A stretch of 64,000 nt of DNA. It comes from an uncultured Acidobacteriota bacterium. GTDB lineage: Bacteria; Acidobacteriota; Thermoanaerobaculia; UBA5066; DATFVB01. Each line of letters opens with the position of its first letter. The first letter of the stretch is position 1. The stretch is taken from NCBI GenBank assembly GCA_963813155.1, contig CAWEYG010000001.1:704001-768000 (forward strand). Direction: 5' to 3'. The notes below the pieces were generated by a model. It was not told the DNA's origin and did not search any database. It saw nothing but the letters and a program-made list of their open reading frames with translations. Position numbers and translations under genes: made by a program. This document shows positions 51,193 to 58,934 of this stretch, in pieces.

Positions 51193-52436
51193 AAATTACA
51201 GATCTCCAGAAGCGATCGATCGAAGAGCGCGTGCGCGTCTCGGCCCGCGTGGAATGGGAAGACTCCCCCCGAGCGCCCCTGGAGATTTACTACGAAACCG
51301 GCGCCTCGTTCGAGAACGACGTCGCCGCCGATTCCAATGCGTTCCTGACAGCCTGCGTTCTTCCGGCGATGCATCAGGGCGAAAAGAGGATCGCTCTCGA
51401 AGGCCCCGTTTGTCCGCGCCTGTGCGAAGGGCTCTCGACGGCGGGCGCGCTGCTGCGCTCGTGGTGGGGCCCTCCGCGAGGCGAAATCCGGATCGAATCG
51501 GCACGCGGATATCGGGCGCCGGTTCCCCGTCGACCCTCGCGCTCGGCGCTCTTCTTCACCGGAGGGGTCGATTCGCTTCATCTCCTCCGGCGGAACCAGA
51601 TCGACTATCCGCGAGCCCATTCCGAATCGTTCCAGGATGCCATCGCCGTGTTCGGGCTCCTCCGCCCCGATCGGGACGCTCGGGCTGCGCCGGACAAACG
51701 CGACGTCGCCACGCTGGGCGCCCTTTCGAGCATCACAGCCGAGGCGGGACTCCGACTGGTCCCGATCACCACGAACCTCACGCTGCTCGAGCCCGATCTG
51801 GACTTCTTCGCCAAAGAGTTCATCGGCGCGGCCCTGAGCTCCGTGGCTCACCTTCTGTCTTCCACCGTGAGCTCGATCTCGCTGGCATCCGGCCGCAACG
51901 TCCCACTCCTGGTTCCCCTGGGGACGCATCCCCTTCTGGATCCCTGCTTCAGCAGCGGCGCTCTGGATGTTCGCCACGTCGGGCTTCGTTTCTCGCGGAT
52001 TCAACGCATTCGCGAAGTCTGCGAATGGGATGCCGCGATCCGGGGCCTCGTCGTCTGCCTGAATTCTCCGCCGCCGCCGCACCTCAACTGCGGACGCTGC
52101 GAAAAGTGTCTGCGAACGATGACGGCCCTTGCGGCGTTCGGAAAGCTCGCGAGCGCCCGACTGTTTCCCGTCCCCGAGATTTCCGCCGCGATGATCGATT
52201 CGGCCGCTGTGACGCCCCACGTCGCCGGCTACTGGAGAGAGCTCCTGGGCCCTCTTCGAGACGCGCGTCGACCCGATCTCACTGCCGCGGTCGAGCGAAG
52301 ACTCGACGCCGCGAATCAAGCGAGGCGGTGGTTTGAGGAAGAGGGCTGGAAAGGGACGATGCGAAAGATCGATCGGCGATTTCTGGGAGGGGCAGCGCTG
52401 CGAGTCCGGCGAGTCCTGTGGAACGCCGCGAAATGA
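51189..52436 (+). CDS. PP-loop/Zn (QueC-like) protein, paralogue 9
   Basis: GTGA overlap; TGGVDS, PLGTHPLLDP, NCGRCEKCLRT. Confidence 0.85.
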   Translation: MKITDLQKRSIEERVRVSARVEWEDSPRAPLEIYYETGASFENDVAADSNAFLTACVLPAMHQGEKRIALEGPVCPRLCEGLSTAGALLRSWWGPPRGEIRIESARGYRAPVPRRPSRSALFFTGGVDSLHLLRRNQIDYPRAHSESFQDAIAVFGLLRPDRDARAAPDKRDVATLGALSSITAEAGLRLVPITTNLTLLEPDLDFFAKEFIGAALSSVAHLLSSTVSSISLASGRNVPLLVPLGTHPLLDPCFSSGALDVRHVGLRFSRIQRIREVCEWDAAIRGLVVCLNSPPPPHLNCGRCEKCLRTMTALAAFGKLASARLFPVPEISAAMIDSAAVTPHVAGYWRELLGPLRDARRPDLTAAVERRLDAANQARRWFEEEGWKGTMRKIDRRFLGGAALRVRRVLWNAAK

Positions 52437-53692
52437 AAGTCACGAACTTTCACCGGGAGGCTGGAACCGAAGACCGCTCCTGCTCGGCCGCGACGATTCA
52501 CTGGGAGGACAACGACCGGCCTCCGTTCGAAATGCGGTTCGAATGGAATGGAGACCCCCGGGAAACTTCACACCGCGAAATCCATCCGTTTCTGCTCGCA
52601 TCGATTCTCCCCGCCTGGCGGCGAGGAGAACGCCGGATCACTCTGGAGGGCGAGATCTGCCCGAGGCTCCGGGATGGTCTGGATACCGCACAGCAGATCC
52701 TTTCGAACTGGTACGGCCCGGAGCGCAAGCCCGTCGCGCTCGAGCCCGCACTCGGCTTTCGCTCCTACGACCGAAGACTCGAGAGCGCGGGCCTTTTCCT
52801 GACCGGCGGAGTCGACTCGCTTCACATGCTCCAGGCCAATCGCAGCGCGTTTCCCCCGGAACACCCCGCCTTTTTTCGCGAGGCGATCTATGTTTCCCGC
52901 CTTTCGTTCGTCGAAGAAATCCCGAGCGCACGGTCGCTGGACCTGGCGCGCCGACAGGCGGTGGCGGTCGAATCGATTTGCGCGCGGAACAATCTCCGGT
53001 TCCGGCGTCTGGAGAGCAATTTTCGCCTTCTCGACCACGAAAACTGGATGGTCGCCCCCCAGGATCAGGGCGCTCTTCTCGCGGCCTGCGGTCACGTCCT
53101 GTCTTCGGAGCTCGGCACGGTCTCGCTGGCCGCGTCTCTCGACATCACGTTTCTTCCGCACTGGGGAACGCACCCCCTTCTCGACACGAACTACAGCAGC
53201 TCGGGCCTCGAGTTCCGCCACGAAGGGATCGGCCGCGGACGCTTCGACAAGCTGGGGGAGATCGCCGACTGGGACACCGCCCATCGAGACCTGCTCGTTT
53301 GCTTCGAAGGCCCCATGCCAGCCGGCCAGCTCAACTGCGGCAGGTGCGAAAAGTGTGTTCGCACGATGACGGGTCTCCTGGTCCTGGGGGCTCTCGGTCG
53401 CTTCGACGTTTTCGGGTCCACCCAGGTGACGGTGTCGATGATCGAGAACATGGGCTACGGATACCATTCGGAGTTCTTCGAATGGCTCTGGCGCCCGATG
53501 GTCGAACCGCTCCGGCGGATCGCCCGCTCCGACCTCGCCCGAGCCGCGGAGGCTCAGCTCGCCTCCGCCCGAAAACACCGAGCCTGGATCGAAGAGCGGG
53601 ATTGGCGAGGGCGAATTCGGCGATTCGACCGGAAGCACCTCCGGGGCGCACTCTTGAAGGCGACTCGCGGAATCCGAAACAAAACGCGCTGA
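52433..53692 (+). CDS. PP-loop/Zn (QueC-like) protein, paralogue 10
   Basis: ATGA overlap; TGGVDS, HWGTHPLLDT, VCFEGP..NCGRCEKCVRT. Confidence 0.85.
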   Translation: MKVTNFHREAGTEDRSCSAATIHWEDNDRPPFEMRFEWNGDPRETSHREIHPFLLASILPAWRRGERRITLEGEICPRLRDGLDTAQQILSNWYGPERKPVALEPALGFRSYDRRLESAGLFLTGGVDSLHMLQANRSAFPPEHPAFFREAIYVSRLSFVEEIPSARSLDLARRQAVAVESICARNNLRFRRLESNFRLLDHENWMVAPQDQGALLAACGHVLSSELGTVSLAASLDITFLPHWGTHPLLDTNYSSSGLEFRHEGIGRGRFDKLGEIADWDTAHRDLLVCFEGPMPAGQLNCGRCEKCVRTMTGLLVLGALGRFDVFGSTQVTVSMIENMGYGYHSEFFEWLWRPMVEPLRRIARSDLARAAEAQLASARKHRAWIEERDWRGRIRRFDRKHLRGALLKATRGIRNKTR

Positions 53693-53713
53693 CCGTCCCG
53701 CGCGCCCGGAATG

Positions 53714-55552
53714 TCAGGGGTCTCCGCCGAGGCAACGTCGCGTCCACGCGTCGAAGATTCGAATGCGAAGCCGGAATTGGGGATCGAGCGATTCCCCGTC
53801 CGCCGGCGTCGAATCCATCCATCCGCCTTCGACGAGCCTCTGCCTCGCCTCGCGCACGGCGAGCGGCAGGCTTTGAACCCGGCTCTCAAAGGGACCGGGC
53901 AAGCCGAGCTTTCGGGGGCGTCGCAAGACCGAGTCGGGAACGACACCCGCGAGCGCGGCCCGAAGCACGGCTTTCGTCCAGCCGTCTCGGAGGAGAAACT
54001 CCGCGGGCAGGCTCCTCGCAAACTCCACGATCCTGTAATCGAGGAAGGGAAGTCGCGTTTCGATCCCCCACGCCATCGAGTCGCGATCCTCGAAAGCGAG
54101 AAGGCCCGGCAGATAGTCGAAGCAAAGCAGGTGCCTCTGGTGCTGCCGCAAGGAACCGTCGACCGGGCAGCCGCAGGGAAGCGGGCGCCGGGCGGTCCGG
54201 AGGATTCCCACCGTGTGACGGGCCCCCCGGACAAGTCCCCAACGGCGGCGGCCCGAGAGAAACCCTTCGCGAATCGCGGCCAGCGGCCGCCCCCCGTTCC
54301 AGAGCTGCTTCGTGTAAACGTCCCACGGCTCGTACCCGCCAAACAGCTCGTCGGAGCCCTGCCCGGAGAGCATCACCGGGAAACCGAGCTGCTTCGCCCG
54401 CCGGTGAAGCAGCCACTGTGCGAAAAAGAGACTCGACGGAACGAGGGCATCGACCGTCTCGATGAAGCAATCGAGACTCTCGGCGAATTCCTCTGCAGAG
54501 GGCTCGATGAAGTCCCCCGAGAACCGGGTCGCGTCCAGAACGTCTCGAATGTAGGCGCTTTCGTCGATGTCCGGGAGCTTCGGATACCGCGTCGAGATGG
54601 TGCGGCCGGAAAATTCTCCCTGCGAGGCGCGGTGACACAGAATGCCCGCGATTCCCGAAGAGTCGACGCCGCCCGAAAGCAACAACCCGATCGGCACGTC
54701 CGCGCGCAGTCGCAACGCGACGGAGTCCTCGAGCAATCCGCGGAGCCTCGCCGCCGCCTCCGGAAGGGTCGCGGGCGGAGCGATCGCCGCCACCCGTTCG
54801 TCATACCACTTCTCGATCCGAATTCCCGCGCGCCCGACCCGCAGGACATTGCCCGGCGGCAGGCAGCGGTAAGAGTCGTAGCAGGTGACGTCGACGCCGT
54901 CGGTCGTCGAACCCGTTGCGAGGTAGGTTCGCGCGAAGTCGACGTTCGGCGCGGCCGGCCGCACCGGTCGAAGCGCCTTGGGTTCGGAGGCGAACGCGAA
55001 CAGGGAACCCGCGGTCGTGTAGTAGAACGGCTTGATCGCAAATCGATCGCGAGCGCAGAAGAGCTCCCGGCGCTCCGCATCCCAGATCGCGAAGGCCCAC
55101 ATTCCGTTGAATCGGTCGAGAGCCTTCGCCCCCCATCGAACATATGCGGCAAGCAGCACTTCCGTGTCGGTCGAGGTGGTGAATTCCTCCCCTTCCGCCC
55201 GAAGTTCGTCACGCAGCTCGGGCGCGTTGTAGATCGCGCCGTTGAACACGATCCACCAGCGGCCGTTCGCCCGGCTCATCGGCTGGCGACCGAATTCGGA
55301 GAGATCGGTGATTGCCAGCCGCTGATGCCCAAGCGCGACCTCGAGCCCCGGGGCCCCGGCGGCGCCAGGACTCGGCCGCGTCGACGAAGGAAGCGGCGAA
55401 TGTCGGGCGCCCTGGAGAAGCGAAACGCCGTCGTCTTCGAGCCAGGCGCCGCCGTTCGGCCCGCGGTGCTCGATCCGATGGAGCATCCGCAGGAGAACGT
55501 CGCGATCCGCCGCGCCGCCGGAGAGGTCGAGGAGCCCCGCGATTCCGCACAT
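53714..55552 (-). CDS. asnB: AsnB-like glutamine-dependent amidotransferase, copy 2
   Basis: MCGIAG, HRGPN, NGAIYN, LSGGVDSS, SGQGSDE, EDRDSMAWGIETRLPFLD. Confidence 0.92.
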   Translation of the reverse strand: MCGIAGLLDLSGGAADRDVLLRMLHRIEHRGPNGGAWLEDDGVSLLQGARHSPLPSSTRPSPGAAGAPGLEVALGHQRLAITDLSEFGRQPMSRANGRWWIVFNGAIYNAPELRDELRAEGEEFTTSTDTEVLLAAYVRWGAKALDRFNGMWAFAIWDAERRELFCARDRFAIKPFYYTTAGSLFAFASEPKALRPVRPAAPNVDFARTYLATGSTTDGVDVTCYDSYRCLPPGNVLRVGRAGIRIEKWYDERVAAIAPPATLPEAAARLRGLLEDSVALRLRADVPIGLLLSGGVDSSGIAGILCHRASQGEFSGRTISTRYPKLPDIDESAYIRDVLDATRFSGDFIEPSAEEFAESLDCFIETVDALVPSSLFFAQWLLHRRAKQLGFPVMLSGQGSDELFGGYEPWDVYTKQLWNGGRPLAAIREGFLSGRRRWGLVRGARHTVGILRTARRPLPCGCPVDGSLRQHQRHLLCFDYLPGLLAFEDRDSMAWGIETRLPFLDYRIVEFARSLPAEFLLRDGWTKAVLRAALAGVVPDSVLRRPRKLGLPGPFESRVQSLPLAVREARQRLVEGGWMDSTPADGESLDPQFRLRIRIFDAWTRRCLGGDP

Positions 55553-55601
55553 GGACAGGCGATCTTAGCCTGATCGAAATGCCGCGCTTATACTCGCGCC
55601 C
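55553..55601. promoter_or_regulatory. Bidirectional promoter, copy 2
   Basis: TAAGAT on minus (55562-55567), 9 nt from ATG 55552; TATACT on plus (55589-55594), 7 nt from GTG 55602. Confidence 0.65.
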
Positions 55602-56858
55602 GTGCGCGTCGAGAATTTCGCTCTGACCCGGACGGGCGAGGCAGTCCGCCTCACCGCCGATATCATCTGGGAGGAGGCGCCGCGAAAGCCTTTTCAGCTC
55701 TATTACGAGATCGATGCGCGCTTCGCGGCGGATCTTCCTGATGACGGCGACGCGTTTCTCTGTTCGATCGCGATATCGGCATCGCGCGACGGAGAACGGC
55801 GCGTCCTCGTGGATCGGCCGGTGTCCCGCCGGCTTGCGGAAGGGGTGACAAGGGCGGTCGCGATTCTCAAGACCTGGTACCCCGGCCCCCGCACGCTCCC
55901 CCGGCTGGAATCTCCCGCCGGGTTCCTCACCCGGAGCAGCGGCGCCGGTTGCGCCTCCCTGTGCCTGACCGGCGGAGTGGATTCGATGCACGCGCTCCGG
56001 CAGAACCGCCGGAATCATTCCGCCTCCGATCCCCGGTCGTTCCGGCGGGCTCTTTACGTGCTTCACCTTTCGTTTCCTGCGGGCGACGCGCTCGCGCGCG
56101 CCCGCGACCTGGCGAAGAGGCAGCTGGCAACGCTCTCCGCAATCTGTGAGGAGACGGACCTTGACCTCTGCGCGGTTCGCACGAACGTTCGCCTGATCGA
56201 GCCCTCTCTGTCTTATTCGCAGGCGGAAGGGCTGGGCTCCCTTCTGAGCGCGTCCGCCCATATCCAGGCGCGCGGGCTCTCGTCCCTCTCGATCGCGTCG
56301 TCGTCCTACGAAGCGGAAGACCTCCGGCCCTGGGGCACCCACCCGTTGCTCGATCCGAACTTTTCGTCCAACTCTCTGGCAGTGATTCACGAAGACGCAG
56401 GCGTGCCGCGAACCGACAAAGTCCGGAACATCGCCCGGTGGAAACCGGCGTCACGGCACCTTCTCGTCTGCTTCGAGGGGCCGCTCGCGGATGGCCGGGC
56501 CAACTGCGGACAGTGCGAGAAGTGCTTGCGAACGATGACGGCTTTGCTCGCCGTTGAAGGCGCCGAAGAGAACGAGGCCTTTGCGGGCGCCAGGGTCACC
56601 GCCGAGGCGATTCGGCAAATGCCTCTCAGTTACGACCCGAACGAATTTCCGTACCTCTGGGAACCGCTCGCGAGATCGATGGACGGGACCGGCCGGGGCG
56701 ATCTCGCTTCCGCAATCCGCCGTCGCGTCGCGGAAGCCCGGAGATATCTGAAATGGCGCGCCGAAAAGGACTGGAAGGGGGTTCTCCGGAGGCTCGATCG
56801 GCGGTTGCTGGGTGGGCGCCTCACCGCGGCGACCCGAAAGCTGCGCGGAATCCGTTGA
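55602..56858 (+). CDS. PP-loop/Zn (QueC-like) protein, paralogue 11
   Basis: TGGVDS, PWGTHPLLDP, VCFEGP..NCGQCEKCLRT, DWKGVLRRLDR. Confidence 0.85.
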   Translation: MRVENFALTRTGEAVRLTADIIWEEAPRKPFQLYYEIDARFAADLPDDGDAFLCSIAISASRDGERRVLVDRPVSRRLAEGVTRAVAILKTWYPGPRTLPRLESPAGFLTRSSGAGCASLCLTGGVDSMHALRQNRRNHSASDPRSFRRALYVLHLSFPAGDALARARDLAKRQLATLSAICEETDLDLCAVRTNVRLIEPSLSYSQAEGLGSLLSASAHIQARGLSSLSIASSSYEAEDLRPWGTHPLLDPNFSSNSLAVIHEDAGVPRTDKVRNIARWKPASRHLLVCFEGPLADGRANCGQCEKCLRTMTALLAVEGAEENEAFAGARVTAEAIRQMPLSYDPNEFPYLWEPLARSMDGTGRGDLASAIRRRVAEARRYLKWRAEKDWKGVLRRLDRRLLGGRLTAATRKLRGIR

Positions 56859-56949
56859 TCGTCTTCCTGCATGCGCGGGCCCTCGACAGGCCAACTTTCA
56901 TCCCCACTCCAATCGCGATAGTCTCCTCGGCGGAGAGAAGGGAGAGTCC

Positions 56950-57549
56950 ATGCCCGAAGGTCCCGAGCTCGAACGCGAATTCGATCGCCTACAAGAGTCG
57001 GTTCACGAAGCCGCGGAAGAAGAGAGCGAAGGACGTCGCTTCCTTCGGTTCGTCGCCCTTTCGACCGCGCTCATCGCGGTCGTCGCGGCAATCGCCGCCC
57101 TCGAAGCCGGAAGCACGGTCAACGAGGCGCTCTTGAAGAAAAACGCCTCGATCGCGTCGAGCACGACGGCATTCGACGGCTGGTCTCAATATCAGGCCAA
57201 GGGAATCAAGGCGGCCGTCCTCTCCAGCCAGAAGCAGATCCTCATCTCGATGGATCGAGTGCCCCAGCCGTCGATCGACGCCGACCTCGCCCGCTATCAG
57301 AAAGAACAGGCGGAGATCTCCGAGGCGAATCGGAAGCTCGAGAAGACGTCGCGCGACGAAGAGGAAGAGGCCGATCACCTCATCCACCGCCATCACCGTT
57401 TTGCCGCTTCCGTCGCGCTCCTTCAGATCGCCGTCGCTCTCTCCGCGATCGCCGCCCTCTCCCGCAACCGGGGAATGTGGATGCTTTCGCTCGCGATCGC
57501 AGCCGCCGGAGCGGTGGTCTTCGCCGACGGATTCCTTCTGTTCTTCTGA
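56950..57549 (+). CDS. DUF4337-like membrane protein
   Basis: VALSTALIAVVAAI, WSQYQAKGIK, LLQIAVALSAIA; purine-rich SD before ATG 56950. Confidence 0.7.
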   Translation: MPEGPELEREFDRLQESVHEAAEEESEGRRFLRFVALSTALIAVVAAIAALEAGSTVNEALLKKNASIASSTTAFDGWSQYQAKGIKAAVLSSQKQILISMDRVPQPSIDADLARYQKEQAEISEANRKLEKTSRDEEEEADHLIHRHHRFAASVALLQIAVALSAIAALSRNRGMWMLSLAIAAAGAVVFADGFLLFF

Positions 57550-57561
57550 GCGGCGGCGGGC

Positions 57562-58431
57562 GTGAGGCGGCCGCGAGAGATTCTCACCGACTGGATCATT
57601 TCCGTCGTCACGAAGCCCCGCCGGGTTTATCGGCGCTACGGCTCGAACGACGTCGCAAACCTGAAAAAGCACGTGCGCAAGTGCGACGTCATCCTCGTCG
57701 ACGGCGATCAGCGCGTTTCGCAGGCGATCAAGACGCTTACGATGTCTTCCTGGTCCCACAATTGCGTCTATATCGGCGACGAGCTCGTCCGCCGAAACCA
57801 TCCGATGCGGGACGAAGTCGAGCGTCGTTTCGGAAAAGAAGCTCGGCATCTCGTGATCGAGGCCCTCGTCAGCACGGGTGTCGTCGTCTCTCCCCTGATC
57901 AAGTACCTCGACTTCAACCTTCGAGTCTGCAGGGCTTTCGGTCTTCGGGGCGACGATGCCCAGACGATCCTCGACGACCTGATCTCCCAGATCGGGAATC
58001 GCTACGACGTCAAGAATTTCACGGATCTGATGCGATACCTGCTTCCGTTCCACTGGATTCCGGCCCGCTTTCGCGAGGACGCGCTGCACCTCGGAAGCGG
58101 CGTGGCAACCGAAACGATCTGCTCCTCGATGACGGCGGCCGCGTTCCAGAAGGTCGGGTTTCCGATCCTCGCCGACTTCCGTCCCGAGAAGCCCCAGACG
58201 GCCTCGGAAAGGCTCAAAGCGGCGCTCTTCGGGCGCCGGGCGAGACGCGCGTACACGGGCCTTTTCCATTCGCGCCACCCGACGCTCATCGTCCCGAGGG
58301 ACTTCGACCTTTCCCCCTATTTCGAGATCGTGAAATTCAACGCGATCGCGGACGGATCCCTCGACTATCGAAAGATCCGGTGGGCGAGAATGAACGTTTT
58401 TCCCGAGGCGAAGGGCAGGCCCCGCCGATAG
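57562..58431 (+). CDS. Permuted papain-like (YiiX/YaeF, NlpC/P60-related) enzyme
   Basis: DVILV..SQAIK..SSWSH (His), downstream ICSS (Cys), PRDFDLSPYF. Confidence 0.75.
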   Translation: MRRPREILTDWIISVVTKPRRVYRRYGSNDVANLKKHVRKCDVILVDGDQRVSQAIKTLTMSSWSHNCVYIGDELVRRNHPMRDEVERRFGKEARHLVIEALVSTGVVVSPLIKYLDFNLRVCRAFGLRGDDAQTILDDLISQIGNRYDVKNFTDLMRYLLPFHWIPARFREDALHLGSGVATETICSSMTAAAFQKVGFPILADFRPEKPQTASERLKAALFGRRARRAYTGLFHSRHPTLIVPRDFDLSPYFEIVKFNAIADGSLDYRKIRWARMNVFPEAKGRPRR

Positions 58432-58440
58432 CCGCCGGTC

Positions 58441-58809
58441 TCACCGGGCCGGCGGAGCCGCTCCCGCGGCGCTTAGGCCTTCCTCAGTTTTCCGGCCAAG
58501 TTCGAAAGCCGCCTTGTAGCCCTTCGACTGTTTGATCTTTTTCACCTGGGCCTTTTGCGCCTTATTGAGACTGCGAACGAGGCCCATGTACTTGCCCTGC
58601 AGCTTGCGCATGTTCTTGACCTGGACCGACGACTCTTTGCGCGCCCGGGACACAGCTTTCTTGACGACCGAGCGCGTTCGGCGCGTGCCTCGATCGATCT
58701 CCCGCGACGCCGTCCGCCCGAATGCCTTTTGAAGGCCCGAAAGCTGTTTCTGAAGGTCTTCGATTCCCTGCCTGAGATTGTCCACAGTCTTGAAGATGTC
58801 GTTTGCCAT
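58441..58809 (-). CDS. Small, highly basic protein of unknown function
   Basis: AGGAGGA SD and TAGACT -10; N-terminal coiled coil, Lys/Arg-rich remainder. Confidence 0.75.
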   Translation of the reverse strand: MANDIFKTVDNLRQGIEDLQKQLSGLQKAFGRTASREIDRGTRRTRSVVKKAVSRARKESSVQVKNMRKLQGKYMGLVRSLNKAQKAQVKKIKQSKGYKAAFELGRKTEEGLSAAGAAPPAR

Positions 58810-58888
58810 TATTCCTCCTGGAGCGGGAGTCTATAGCGAATCTCGCCGAAACGTTGCACATTGTTGCATAGTGGGGCGCGCTCGCGGG

Positions 58889-58927
58889 ATGACAATAATG
58901 ACAGCTCCTGTCATTGTCACAATGACT
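58889..58927. repeat. Cluster of TGAC(A)/TGTCA direct and inverted repeats
   Basis: ATGACAataATGACAgctccTGTCATTGTCACaATGAC contains two overlapping palindromes. Confidence 0.6.
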
Positions 58928-58934
58928 ATAGGGC

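Noticed and set aside
47979-55552. Lasso peptide or other RiPP cluster, since AsnB homologues include lasso cyclases
   Set aside because: Both AsnBs keep a complete glutaminase domain with the N-terminal Cys. No B1/B2 (RRE or protease) genes and no precursor-like ORF were seen in the short intergenic gaps.
39224-56858. Calling the paralogues canonical queC, or a Qat/CBASS defence island
   Set aside because: They are about twice QueC length and lack queD/E/F, tgt, cyclase, TatD or P-loop ATPase partners. Only the motif architecture is shared.
58854-58868. TTGCAC-ATTG-TTGCA as a sigma54 promoter
   Set aside because: It lacks the -24 GG, the spacing is one base short, and it points away from the adjacent gene start.
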